From: Ptychomitrium polyphyllum
Lineage: Eukaryota
Direction: 5' to 3'
Assembly (NCBI GenBank): GCA_973851085.1
Contig: OZ316775.1
Coordinates: 4,402,001 to 4,466,000, forward strand
Length of the DNA stretch: 64,000 nucleotides
Shown here: in pieces, positions 39,613 through 53,131 of the stretch
Numbering within the stretch: position 1 is the first letter of the stretch
How the letters are laid out: the number at the start of each line of letters is the position of its first letter
Program-made: the position numbers and the translations under genes
Notes under the pieces: model-generated
Databases searched by the model: none
What the model was told of the DNA's origin: nothing
What the model saw: the letters and a program-made list of their open reading frames with translations, nothing else

Positions 39613-42201
39613 ATGGAAAGCTGTAGAGGAGCTTCGGGTTCTGGTGGTGCTGCTTCATTTCTTGTACTCCGCTGGTTTAATGGTTGTCTTGTGGTGATCC
39701 TCTTGATGCACTCATATAGGGCTTCCGCCGCATCCTGCAATACTAACCTCACAACTGTATCGAATTTTACCATCTTTCCTACTGATGCTCTCGTATGTAC
39801 GGAGACACCCTTTCCTTTCGATGCCGCCAACGGCGGCCACTTCGTTTATTGGGTAGGTATCTTGTCGATCTAATTCTATGCCTTGTATTCTTTGTTTTCT
39901 AGATTATCTGTTTGAGCATGTTGTTTCTGGTTTATGTTAAGCATGCTCAGCTTAAAACTCGGTACTCGAGTTGGTCATTTCTGTTGAGCGCTCTTGAAGG
40001 TTTTTGATTCTGGGTATATTGGAAGCATCTCTCATCTGATCGTGTTACGAGGTCTGTTTAAGAGCCAGTGCGGTAACAAAATGTAGAGAACAGAGTTTTA
40101 GGGCAAGCCACTAATTGTTATGAAATATGTTCCGCGGAGCAGTTATGTCCTTGGTGTATGACTTGGCTGGTGAACAGGGTTTGCGTTGCATTAATGTGAT
40201 AGATTCACTCTTTGACATGAGATTTGATTGTCGTGATGCGCAGGCACTCAAAGATAACACAACTGGCTTTGTTAGCATTGTTCTGGCAGCGCCTTTAGTG
40301 GCTATGGAATGGGCAGGGTTTGGATTCTCAAAGATAGGTCAAATGGCAGGATCTACAGCTGTGGTAGCGACTTTGGGAGTGACGAATGCTCCATTTGTTC
40401 AGCAATACTTCCTTAAGGCCCGGGACCCGAACCAGGTTTTCAAGGACGACACAAGACTGTTTCTCACAGAACAGATAGAGGCCTTTTACGATGCCACAGC
40501 AAGGACTGTTTATGTTGGCTTCCAAGTCGATTTTGCAAGATCCATAGCTATTCCGAACTTCTTGCTATATGCATATGGGCCCGCATCTGGGGACGGTTCT
40601 ACAATTACGTATCACAGAGCTTCATCTATGGATAGACTAGAAAATTCACAGTTTCCTGTTGGTATGTTTCTTTTTCTAACCCCATATGCACCGCACTGAA
40701 TCGTTACTACAGGTTCATGTCAGGTCAATGTAATTATAGTTCACTTACAGCGTTGTTTGATAGGCTCATGTAGAAGACTTCAGCTAACATTATAAACAAT
40801 GCTCAGTCACACTTACTGAAACGATTTGTTTTTTCCTATATTATTGCAAATTCAAGGGGACTCCAACGCATTATTTGGATATTGTATAACGTAATCATGG
40901 ATTTTAAAGAGTGCTGTCAGTTACATATACTTAAACCAGCCGTAGATACAATGCCCATAAGTAGCAAATTTTATAAGCAAGCTCAAGATACAGTGTGTGC
41001 TCAAGATCTGAGTAGCTGTTATTCAAGTCTTTTGACGTACCCACCTTCCTCATTAGTGTGTGCATGTGAATCGAACTGTCATACATGTGTGAGGTTCATC
41101 TGAATTAGTATTCTTAATACTGTTTTAGCGCTTGCCTTAATGCTGCTTGTTAAGAGTACACACTTCTGAAATAAGGCGCATTTTGGTGGTGCAGGTGTTG
41201 TAGGGGAGTCTGAAGCCTCTAAGCTCCAAAAGCAAGTGAAGGCACACGGAGCCGTCCAAGTATTTGGATGGGGAGTTCTGCTGCCCATTGGAGCAATGGT
41301 TGCTCGATATGCCCGGGACTACGACCCTGCTTGGTCCTATATCCACGTCACGTTTCAAATTGTTGGGTTCATTTTTATCATTGCTGGTGTGGCCACTGGT
41401 GTGAACCTTGCAAAGTCGATCGATGTCCCAGGTTTGAACGGCCACAAAAGACTTGGTATATTCCTCTTCACGCTGGCTACCTTACAGGTATGTCCATACG
41501 CTCTACTTTCACCGTCTAGAAACGTTACGAAGTAACAATCGTTTGGCTTAGTGAATTTGATCTGATATCCAGTGCTTGGTTTAGCCATTTTCCAACTTGT
41601 GAATCTTGAGCCTCTTTTTTCCCTTCAATACAAGGAAACCTTGAATGATGATTTTAGCTCAATGATTTATATGAGCTGCATCTATTTGCGATTTATAAAC
41701 CTCTGAGATGGATGTCAATTGTAATATTCTACTCTACATGAGACTTGCATTTCTAAAATCATTAAAAAGTTAAAGTTATTCTAACAGCGTTTCTTTTTCT
41801 TGTTTCTTTTTCCCTTTCCTTTTTAATCCTTTCTTTTGTATCATGTTGTCGAGCTGAGATGTTACTTATCCTCAGGAGTGGTGCTGAACTTACAGGTTTT
41901 GGCGGTTGTATTACGACCCAAGAAGGACGCCAAAATCCGCAAGTACTGGAATTGGTATCATTGGTGGGTGGGCCGCTTGGCACTTTTCCTGGCGGTTATC
42001 AATATCTTTGTTGGCCTTGATCTTGCGAAAGAAGAAAAGAGACTGAAGGTGAGCTATTTTGTCCTTCTGGCTTTCGAGCTTGTGGTCTTTGCAATTTTGG
42101 AGACGATCTACTGGTTGCGGTGGAACCGGGACCCAGGAACTGGAAACCGATGGAACCGGTCTTCAACTGACCGAGAGTTTCAAATGGCCGATAATTATTG
42201 A
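39613..42201 (+). CDS. Cytochrome b561 and DOMON domain-containing membrane protein
   Basis: Exons 39613-39852, 40244-40661, ~41195-41487 and ~41896-42201. DOMON motifs WAGFGFS..QMAGSTAVV and YH; b561 His motifs KAHGAVQVFGWGVLLPIG, YIHVTFQ, GHKRLG, RKYWNWYHWWVGR. Confidence 0.9.
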
Positions 42202-44802
42202 TCCTTCAGGCTAAACTAGGTGGCTTTAAACAGATAGCATGTGCATACTGGATACTCGTCAAGGGACACATACCGATTTATTGTAGTTTTGAGCATGTTA
42301 GTTGCACCATTTGGCTATTATCAAGGCCATGTTACTTTGAAGTTTGCATTGATCAGCAGTGTAAGGGCTAGCAATCATGAAATATATGGACTGCATTTCC
42401 TGGAATCGTGAGTTGCTCTATTCATGTTCAAGGACGGTGAAAAGGAATACAAGCCGAAATGTGGACCAAATGATTCAGTTCCTTTACACCTAGTGCTACT
42501 TAATCCCTCCCTGTCACCAGGTCACACTCATACCCTCACGTCTAGCCATCCAAACCCTATCAAAACTACCAAGCATATTATACAGGTATTGGTAATCTAG
42601 GCCATGTCTTTGTGAGAAAATGTTCATATAGTACATTGATACTTAATAGAAGAGATAACATTTATCCTATTTTACTACTCTGCATTGCTCTCCAATGGAA
42701 GAAGTCTTATGGCTGGCGTTCTACACATAATGAACTCCGACAGGACAAACTACAAGAAAGGACGGGATTAACCACACCCTAGCTACCCTACTATCGATGG
42801 AACAACATCAACCCCACGGAGTAACACCCTTTATGTGGAACCCTTCCAAAAGACGACTACGCTTGAAGAAAAACTAACCCCCGGGCTAGTTCTGATTTTC
42901 CCATGCCTTGAAATATGATGATTGTGACTTGAAGGCCCCCGTGAATCTGGATTCCAGAAAGGGTGTACCAGTGCACAAAGCCGTTCATCAGCAGATGAAG
43001 CCGACCTCAGTTGATGTAGCTCATGTACGTGATCTACCGTATGTGACGAGCAGCAATGCAAAGCATCAACATATCTAGTTTAAGCAGGAAAGATGCAATC
43101 GAGAGAGCGAGAACCTCTGATGACACGATCGACATGGCGTATCGAGAGGCGATGATGTCTGGGCAAGTTGAGGCCAAGCCCATTCTTTCTTGCACCTGTG
43201 CAAGCGATGAAATTGGCTAGGACATGTTCCCCAAATGCACCTGCTCTGACTCAGGGTTACATATCCGAGCCAATTCCATGTCAGCGCCGGTGCAGCAAAG
43301 GTGAAAAAGAAACAAAGAACTTTTCAAGCACTCCGACAACCACACTGGATCCTGCAGATATAAACATAAAAAACTACATGAATATTTACACGGATGCAAA
43401 CATATTGCAACGGTGAAAGCTCATACGTGCATCCTGTCGTCATTGGTTGATGATGCCACGGACATCTTACGATCTCCGCCCAGGTTCTGTTCTAAATCCA
43501 ACAGCACAGTCTGCCCTCATATAGTAGGAATCACTATGATCAAGACTATAATCCTTTTTCCTCATTACTCCATCCTATTTTATAGAGGAGGTGTTATGAG
43601 ACCAGAAGCTTATCTGCTCATGAAGGTCCAAGAGTTCCACGAGCCCAGATTACAGAGGCTCCTAATCGTGCAGTTCTGACCCGAACTTAAGCAAAGCAAG
43701 TCAATTAAGGTAGGCTGCAATTTCTGGAAGAGATATTATGATCATCGTCAGATCATACCTAACAGAACACAACAACAAGAAGCACAACGAGAAGTTAAGT
43801 ACAAGCAGATTATGACTGTTAGCTCACGAAAAATATGCACGGATGCAGAATTTCAGCAGCTATCATGTTTCAGCCTCGTTGACAATTCCACAAACTGCTC
43901 CTCATAGGTTTTGAAACCTGACCTTGTGCTGTTGTTGGACCTGCAATTCGCCAAACCCCATCATTTATGCCGTTCTAAAAAGCTCGGGCTTCACAACCCC
44001 GCATAGAACCGACACGCCAGTAGTACTTCAACAAGTTACAGGTACAAAAATAGTACAGTCACATGATGGAGGCTTGGAGCTAAGTGTGTTTTCCACGGAT
44101 CGAGTCACGAAGGCTTCAGTGGTAGCGCCCAAGATAATTATTAGGCAGTTGCGAGGCACAGAACTAATCTCCAGCGTTATCGCCGACGCCTCACCACCGC
44201 ATGGCAACAGATCGCAGAGCAGAGCTGGACCAAATTGTGGTAATGCGCACTTGCTAGCTGAGCGTAGGTAAGCAGCCGTGCCTCCCTTGCTCTTTATTCA
44301 TTCGAGTCGGACTGGCTTTTGCCTTTGCTTTCGTTCAGAGGCTGTGAGTAGTACTTGGAATGGATACTTTCTGACTCAGCACCCAGCACTCTGCATTGGG
44401 AACTTAAGGTTGACTAACCCAAAAAATAAAAGATTTACATTTCACGTTTAAACGATTTGATAATAAAAACGTTGACGCTTAAGCTCAGGTTAAGGCGTTC
44501 TGAATGCAAACGTTTCGAAAGCTACCAAGTTGGAAAATACAATAGCTTTCAGGAAGCTTTGATTACAAATGTACTGCCGGATGCGGGTTGTAACCACTGC
44601 ATGTACATTATTACTCAACAAACGAAGGCGTCACACCCACCCTCTGGATTGGAAAATCGTTCCTAAAGTACGCAGGATTTACAGGTACCTTTTGGAAAAC
44701 ATCCTCGCATGAATGCCCGAAAAAAGTTTTTCCAACAGTACCCTTGCACAGGCAATTTGTGGCATATCGAAGTCCTGCCACTACTACAAAACTAAAGGGT
44801 AT

Positions 44803-47800
44803 CTACATATCTTCCTCCATGTCAGCATCATCTAGCTCTTCAATTCTCATCCTCTTTACGTCGTGCTGCTGGATATTGGGGACCTCGATAAGAATGTCCG
44901 ACTTAACACCAGTGTCATTGTTAACCAATCCGCCATTTTTCTCAACTCTATATGAAAGGGTGTGAACTCCAGGTTTTGCATCTATAAACACAGTGGAATT
45001 ATCATCCACCTCATCATTGATCAACATTCTGGACAACTGAGTGACCACCTTACGCTCAAGCCATCTTCTCAATGGGCGAGCACCATACACCTGATAGCCA
45101 TAAAACCAAGATATGTATCAGTGACAAATAGAAAGTCAAAAAATGAAAGCTTAACACCCATAGTCATGAAAAACTGCGCCTTGTAGAATCCCTTTCAAGA
45201 TCTAGTTCTCAGAGACAGTAACTCGCAGAACATTACAAAAGAAAATATTCCAGTTCTATAGCGAACTCCTAACGAGTAAGTGGAGGATTGAATGGTAACT
45301 TACAGGGTCATAAGACTCCTTAAGAACATGGTTAAGAGCAGAATCTGTGACAGCCAAAGCAACGCCACGTTCTGCAAGACGTATAGCTACATCTTTCATC
45401 TGCATACGAGCAACCTTAAGAAGTTGTTCATGCGCAAGTGGCTCAAATACGACAATCTCGTCCAGTCGGTTGAGAAGTTCCGGCCGGAAGTGCATCCGCA
45501 CCTCCTCCATCACTTTTTCCTTAGCAGCCTTCATGGAAATAACGCCAGTCAAGCCAGAAAGTAAATGCTCTGCTCCCAAATTGGAGGTCATAATAACAAC
45601 GGTGTTGGTAAAGTCCACGGTGCGGCCTTGGCCATCAGTTAGACGACCGTCATCCAACAACTGCAAGAGGGTGTTAAAAACTGAGGGATGAGCCTTCTCC
45701 ACTTCGTCAAATAGAACAATACTGTAAGGGCGCCTCCGTACTGCTTCTGTAAGCTGGCCACCTTCTTCATGCCCCACATACCTGTATGAAATTACGGGCC
45801 GAAAATTCAGTAGGAAAGCCACGGTTGTTGATTCACTTAGTTCAAGAGCCATCATTTTTCTAGTTTTCACCTATAAAAACTCTCGAGTATTCCAATAATG
45901 CCATGAACAACATTACACCACAGAAAATGCCATAATGAAAAACATACCCTGGTGGAGCACCGATAAGACGTGCAACAGAATGCTGTTCCATATACTCAGA
46001 CATATCCAAGCGAACAAGCTGGTTTTCTTTGTCAAATAGTTGCTCTGCCAGAGCCTTTGCCAACTCTGTTTTACCAACTCCTGTCGGACCAAGGAAGAGA
46101 AAGGATCCAGTGGGTTGCTGTTGTCGCCCTAACCCAGCCCGTGATCTCAACACTGCCTCAGCTACAGCTTGCACAGCCTCATCCTGACCGACAACACGTT
46201 GGTGTAAACGCTCCGCTAAGCCCAGAAGTCTAGCTTTCTCATTCTGGCCTAGCCTCGTGACTGGGATACCGGTCCAACGACTAACAACCTGGAAAAACAT
46301 ACAAACGATCACAACTATCAATACGAAGCTTGCTGCATAAAAATGTCATCAAAATTGAAGGCGTGATAATTGGAAAGGTCAAAATACAAAACCATACATG
46401 TCCATCAGTAACTAATGTCTTCCAAATCAGTTCGGGTTCATGCAAATGTGTCGGCTTTATTTTAATAAAAGTTGGCGATGATCACGTACCTCAGCAACCT
46501 GCTCAGGTCCCACAGTCTCTGTGAGCATGTTATTCTCTCCAAGCTCAGATTCTAACTTGCTAATAGCTTTTTCCAGCTCTTGGAGGGCTCCATATTTCAG
46601 ATCAGCAGCTCTCGCCAAATCATATCGCCGTTCTGCTTCCACTAAGTTGACTTGGACCTCTTCGCGTTTCTGCTTTAATCTGCGGAGTTCATCCACCCTC
46701 TCTTTCTCTCTTTGGTACTTCATCTTCAGGGGCCTCAATTGGTCTTGAATGTTGTCAAGTTCTTGCCGTACCTAAGAAAGATAAAAGCCGATGTTAGCCT
46801 TACTTTACGAGTGCAAAAGACAATTACAATACCATAGCTCAGCACTTATTGGAAGAAGACAATTCAGCAAGTTGTAAGCAGTTGAAAAGCAAGCAAGTAA
46901 CTATAAACCCCTGATTTCCATTTAGAACTTACTTCTACTGAGCGCGCCTTGCTAGCTTTGTCCTTGTCCTTTTCCAGAGCATGAAGCTCCACTTCCAGTT
47001 GCACCTTCCTCCTTTCCATCGCGTCGATTTCTTCAGGCTGGCTATCCAGTTGAACACGCACATTAGCACACGCTTCATCTATCAGGTCAATAGCTTTATC
47101 AGGCAGAAACCTGCCGGTAATGTAGCGGCTTGAAAGTTGGGCGGCTACAACCAGAGCCCTATCTAAGAGATGAACACCATGATGCCCCTCATATCTCTCT
47201 TTCAATCCACGCAAAATACTGATAGTATCCTGAACGCTGGGCTCTGCTACGAGAACCTGAATCGCAGACAAAAGTTTATCAGTTGATAACGACCACAGCA
47301 AGAATTAGGAGTAAGAACTGCTTAGAATTTCTAAAGTAACTTGTCACTTTACAGATCCTGTTTCTTGTACTTTATAAATGTCTCCATTACATCTTTCAGT
47401 AATTTTAGATTAGCATTATTGATTTAAAGATTTTCTAACTAATTCATCTTTGTCACTGTTCCAGGACACCAACCTGTTGGAATCGACGCTCAAAAGCTGC
47501 ATCCTTCTCAACGTACTTCCTATACTCTTCAAGAGTTGTAGCACCAATGCAGCGCAGCTGACCACGTGCAAGCATTGGTTTCAAAAGGTTGGCAGCATCC
47601 ATGGACCCTTCTGTACGCCCTGTATCCAAATAATACTGATAATGTGAGTCAATAGTTCTACATACAGATGAGAAAATTTGAAGTCAGATCAAACTGTAAT
47701 CCCACATACGACCAAACTTCAAGAAGTCACTCGAAAAGAGAAACAAGTAAACTCGAATAAAGTCATTCATGAAATAAGGTTGACAAGGACAACGTGGAAT

Positions 47801-49498
47801 ATGCTGCAGACCTGCACCAAGTACAAGGTGTATCTCATCAATGAATAAAATGACTTTGCCGTGAGCCTCCTCAACCTCCTTGAGGACGGACTTGAGACGC
47901 TCTTCAAATTCGCCTCTGTATTTGGCACCCGCAACCAAAGCTCCCATATCCAAGGCAACCAGCCGTACTTCCATCAAGTTGCTGCATAGATACGTAAAGA
48001 ATGAGACATAATACTGACCAACCTCAGATAAGTACAAAGAATTCCATCAGGATCTAAATAACCTTCGAACAATAAAGATGAAGAGTAATAAAACGCAACA
48101 TGGAAGAAAATGGCAACAGACAAACTCAACCATATCATATGTATCTTACCTTGGTACATCCCCTCTTATAATACGTTGAGCCAGACCCTCCACAACAGCC
48201 GTTTTCCCAACACCAGGTTCGCCTATCAACACAGGATTATTCTTTGTTCGTCGTGAAAGGATTCTCACAACTCTCCGAATCTCATCGTCTCTTCCAATGA
48301 CGGGATCCAACTTCATAGCGTCCTCCACCAGATCTCTGCCATATTTCTTTAGGGCTTGGAAATTATTGTCGTCAGCAGCATTCTCCACCTTTTTTGATGT
48401 TCCTCTGACGGTTTCAAGCTCTTTCTTAACCCTGTCAGAAACAAGACAGCCAAGAACAATCGGTCATGTCCACATCATCCCGCCGCCCAGCAACACACTT
48501 CATTGGTTGCTAAAATCATCATACTGTCCCCGTTTGATTTACAGAAGTAAATATATTTTATTAACTCGTTAACGCCTCAGACCACGCTAAAATCTTGTAG
48601 GCTTTCTAATTACTCAGATCAGGCAGAATGATGCAAAGAGCCTCAATTCAAAGAACAGTTGCAAGACTACATGAAACAAGACATCCTCTCCTTCAGGAAG
48701 AGAACACTGATAAATCTTGAAAGAGGCACATCCTACATGAAAAGCGATCAAGAAGAACAAAGTAACAAGGGGATCTGTAACTCCCAGAGGCCCGAGTAAA
48801 CAAATGCAAGTGAAAATTTGAACCCAGTTCCAACTCTAGATACAGACTTAAGTGCAAAAGCAATTGAGGCGTCACAGTTTCTCGAATGACACTGATCAAA
48901 CAAGAATTATGGCATCGATGCCAGCGTGAGTCATACGACGAGTAAGTTAGGATGGTTGTTGTACGCAGAGATCTAAAATACCAAGATAAAACATCATCAT
49001 GAACATAAAGAGACAGGTACTTCAGGCAAGCAACAAAACAAAGACGAAGGGGATGAAAATATCCTAGCGCACCAGTCACGACAGTTACCTGACAGCGCTG
49101 ATGCCAGCCTCCTTGAAACAATCCGCGATTTGAGCATCGTCGAGCAAAGCAAGAATGAGCTGATCGACCGCCAAGTGCGAGTCTCCTCTAGACTTCTGCA
49201 AGCTTTGCGCCTTCCGAATACACTTAATCAGTGCATTGTTAGCCGGCGAGGCATCGGGAGCCGGGCTCTGAGACGGGATTTTCTTCAAAGTATTCTTCAA
49301 AACTCGCTCCACAGACGCGATTGTCCCTTCACCCCCAGAGGCCGAAGTCACAGCCTGCCTCAACAAGCCATCGGTATCATCCAGAAGCGCAAGAGCTAAA
49401 TGAACCGGAGTGTACTGCGCATGGCCGGCTTCCGTTGCCAGCTCCTGGCCAGCTGCCAGCGCCTCGTTCGTCTTGTGTGTAAACTTCTCCGGATTCAT
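44803..49498 (-). CDS. HSP101: Cytosolic heat shock protein 101 (ClpB1) AAA+ disaggregase
   Basis: Nine exons. [14 protein letters not shown] start, Walker A motifs GEPGVGKT and [44 protein letters not shown] and an acidic C-terminus. Confidence 0.97.
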
Positions 49499-49894
49499 GA
49501 TGCTGCGCCTCCAATCAGCACAGCAATACTCCCCGCTCCCTCACAGAAAAACAAAAAGAAAGCGCCTACGAATCCACAGGGAATCCTACCTCGTCCTCAA
49601 GAAAAGCACAATGTCCTCTCTCAATAATAAACAGAATCCGGAACTACAACCTCCCGATCACAACATCCTCTCAAAACAACGTCCTCTCTCAACAATTCTC
49701 CCGAAAGAATGCAAGTAGTGTCCGATTTGAAGAGCACAACTGTACACGAAAATTTCCCTTGAAAATGGAACGAAACAAGAGATTCTATGCCTGGATTTTC
49801 TTAACAATTGCAATGGCCTAGCAAACCTTTGACAATGCTCCAATATGTAGAAGCTACGACGGTGCATACGAGGAGTAGGAGGGCCTGGAATGGT

Positions 49895-49947
49895 CGAATG
49901 GCGAGGAAGGCTGCAGAAGAGTGGCGAAGGCTGGAGAAGGTTCGAGA

Positions 49948-49949
<2 letters not shown>
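49895..49949. promoter_or_regulatory. Heat shock element array upstream of HSP101
   Basis: Perfect aGAAg-gTTCg-aGAAa at 49935-49949; GAA recurs at 49896, 49906, 49916, 49926, 49936 and 49946; about 400 bp upstream of the HSP101 ATG. Confidence 0.85.

Positions 49950-49950
<1 letters not shown>

Positions 49951-49985
<35 letters not shown>
49951..49985. repeat. (CAA)11 microsatellite
   Basis: Directly visible, abutting the HSE. Confidence 0.97.
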
Positions 49986-52900
49986 GAGCATGTCTCGACC
50001 GGGTTTGCGACGCAATACCCGCCTGGGTAGAACCATAGCATTTGAGCAGTATCGTGAGGTGGGACACGACTGTTGGCTGGGTATTGTAATGGGAGGTGTG
50101 CAGTCGCTTCCCAGGTCCTGTTCGGGGTTGGGGCCTTGTGCATGCCACTTCGGATTGTGCCAAGTGGTGGCATCTCCACGTGTGCAGTAATGCAGCGGGT
50201 TGTGTTGCCCTAGGCCAGTGTTGCCAACATTTGTACGCGGTAACAGTCTTCAGTTACCCCACTGAGGCTCCGAACACTCTACTCCCGACGGAATGATCCT
50301 ATTAACCAAAGGTATAATGACAGGGTGATTCCATTATTAAAAGGTATCTTTACATTGTCAGAACTCTGTTCCTAATCATATTACCATTCACTTCCACGTC
50401 ATTGATTAGCTTACGGAGAATGATTTACATACATTCTTGGTTTAACATTGCATTTTCTAGCAACTGATTGCATTTGTATCATAAGTCACAATGTTAATTT
50501 GAATCTATATATGTTTATGAAAAGTTTAAAACTTATGAAAAAAAAATTATTCAGTTTTATTAGAAAAGAAAATAACTTATCCAGGTTGTTTGATTAATTA
50601 TGGCATTACAGCAAGATGAAATTCTAACAATGAAGAATTTTTCCTCATTGAAAAATAAAGCATGCCAATTGTACAAGTTAACTAAGTTTAGAAGCAAAAT
50701 ATATATTTAAAAACACGGAAGTTAATGTAAATTATTAATTTTAAGTCATTACACTAAATAAATATATAAAGTCTAAATTATATACAGTTGTATTCAAAAA
50801 AACTTCATGCATCTATTGAATTAGAATTCAAAAATTATAAATGAATTGGAATGAAGTTGTTATTATGAATTATCTTTCATTTTATTAATGTAAATAAAAT
50901 AAATGAAGACCTTTTAATGATCTTCTTGTTAGTTACATTTATAAGTTAATAATATACAAGCTTTCAACTTTACAGTTCTTTTGTAAAATAATTGTAGATA
51001 AGGTGGATTGAATTTGAAATCTTATGGATATATAAATTGGAAAATAAAAATGTTTGAATATCAAAAAAAGATTTTAAAATTTTGCCCATGGCTCATTGAT
51101 GTTCATATTTTATTATTAAACCTACTCTAATAAATTAACTTTCAATAGAAAGTTTATTTAACATCATCTTAATAATACATTTGTGTATATATATATAATA
51201 AAAAGTAAGTATTAAAATTCATAATGAATTTAAAATATATCAAAAAATTTAAAAAATAAGAAGTGTCAAAAACCTAATCTTCTTATATTAAAATATTTGT
51301 ACAATTCCCACAATTACTCATAGAAATTAGACTTTAATTAAAATCTAATTCAAATTTTTTATCAAAATAAAAACAAGGTGAAGGAAAAATGGCTTTATAA
51401 AACTTTGGACATCCAAAGTATCAAAATCAAACATTTAACGCTTTTAAGGATTAACTACTATAGTAAAAATTTATTGGAATCAAAAATGAAATTTTCTAAA
51501 ATCTACTTTAATATTCATTCTACACATTTAATTATTCAAATTTTTTTCTTTTGAAGTAAAATACCAAAATAAATATTTTTTTCCTCATGTACTTTAATAG
51601 TTTAAAACTAATTTACAAACTGCAACATAAAAAAAGAAAGTCAAGTTTTTATTGTAAATTTATAAGTACCAATTGTTAAAGTTTTGTCAACTTTTGTTTT
51701 TTATTAAAATATAATTACATATAATGAATGATTTCTTCAAATTGACATTAAAATAAATTCTACCTCCACATGTATTGTAAGTCTTTACTTGATTAAATAT
51801 TGTTTCCGCTTGTCACATAAATAGAAGTTCTATAAGAGGCAAGATGATGTGAAATCCAATGTGGCATAATAATTGCAATTTCAAATTAACATTACATGCC
51901 TTTTGAATATAAATGGATCTATATTCTTACATCTTTATTATATGAACCACTATATTTGCATAATTTTTATTCTTTTTATAATAGTCTCTTTTTATTCACA
52001 CAACTTTAATACTAAAGAAGCAATTTTATTCATTTGTCATTCATGTGGTAAGTTTGCAAGTATTTTAATATATATTGATTCTAAGAGTCTAAAGTTTCTC
52101 ATAGTTTAAAAATGGAAATAATTTGCTAGAAGTGTAACATGGCCTTTACTTGCAAATAAACATCTTACATTTAAAGTCATATTGCATGGTAAATCTAGAT
52201 TCTATCTCACATAAATATTCGCTTGAAGTATACTAGAAAAATATATCTTGAAGTTAATTATTATACTTTCTAAAGTAGAGAGATCAAAAACCAATACCTC
52301 AAGTTTTGGCAATTGTGCAATGGTAATATAAGTAAAGTATTATTTTTCTTTGGTAAAAAGATGGATATCCAAATGAATGTAATTCTTTATATACTTTAAG
52401 ACCAAATATGAAATTAGTGAAAATCTTTCACTTGAAAAGCTAGTCATGGCTCCTACCCAATATATATCTTTACCTTAAATCAATATAGTCGATAGGTTTC
52501 CTACTTATTTGATTTGCTCCAAGAAATTAAATTGTAGTCTGTATGTTGGTTTGTGAGTTTGAAATGGGAAAGCCTGTAGGTTCGTTCTTGGGGCGTTATT
52601 GGTCCCTGGTAGCTCTTCCTCATTTGGTGGAAACTGCAGGAACAATACCTTCAACTTCTTTACCATTCAGTAAATTACAAGAAGATTTCAATCAAGCATC
52701 AATATAGGAGACCTTTTCGCTTCATTCACATCCGCTCAAAGACTCTTTAATTCGACATACAGTGTTTCACGTGATGTGCAATCAAAGCGTTCACAGAATA
52801 ACTTAGCACTTCACATCAACTTTAGTATTGCAGCTTCAGAATCATTGACAGCATGCCCATCGCTAGCATACCAATGAGTTATCATCATCTCGTATCAGCA

Positions 52901-53131
52901 GTCTAATAGCTCAAATGTCTTCACAGATTATTCCCATCTAGCAGCAGAAAAGAGTACAGGTTTGTGCTAAGACGAAGAGTTGTATTTACAATTGTAAAAT
53001 GTAGTCGAGGGAGATGAATCAACCCCAAAAGTTTCGATACAAGCAGGCAGTGCAGTCAGTAAGCAAAAGCCACGAGAATCACACATGGCAGTCACCATGA
53101 CACAGCGAGAAGGTGGGTAGACGAAACCTAA

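Noticed and set aside
39483..39830. 115-aa minus-strand ORF
   Set aside because: TTG start, antisense to exon 1 of the DOMON/b561 gene.
49658..50190. ORFs with poly-Q/N/C/V/L runs
   Set aside because: These are translations of the (CAA)n microsatellite in the HSP101 promoter.
50300..52500. Very AT-rich block as a possible element
   Set aside because: No terminal repeats, ORF remnants or within-window homology were found.
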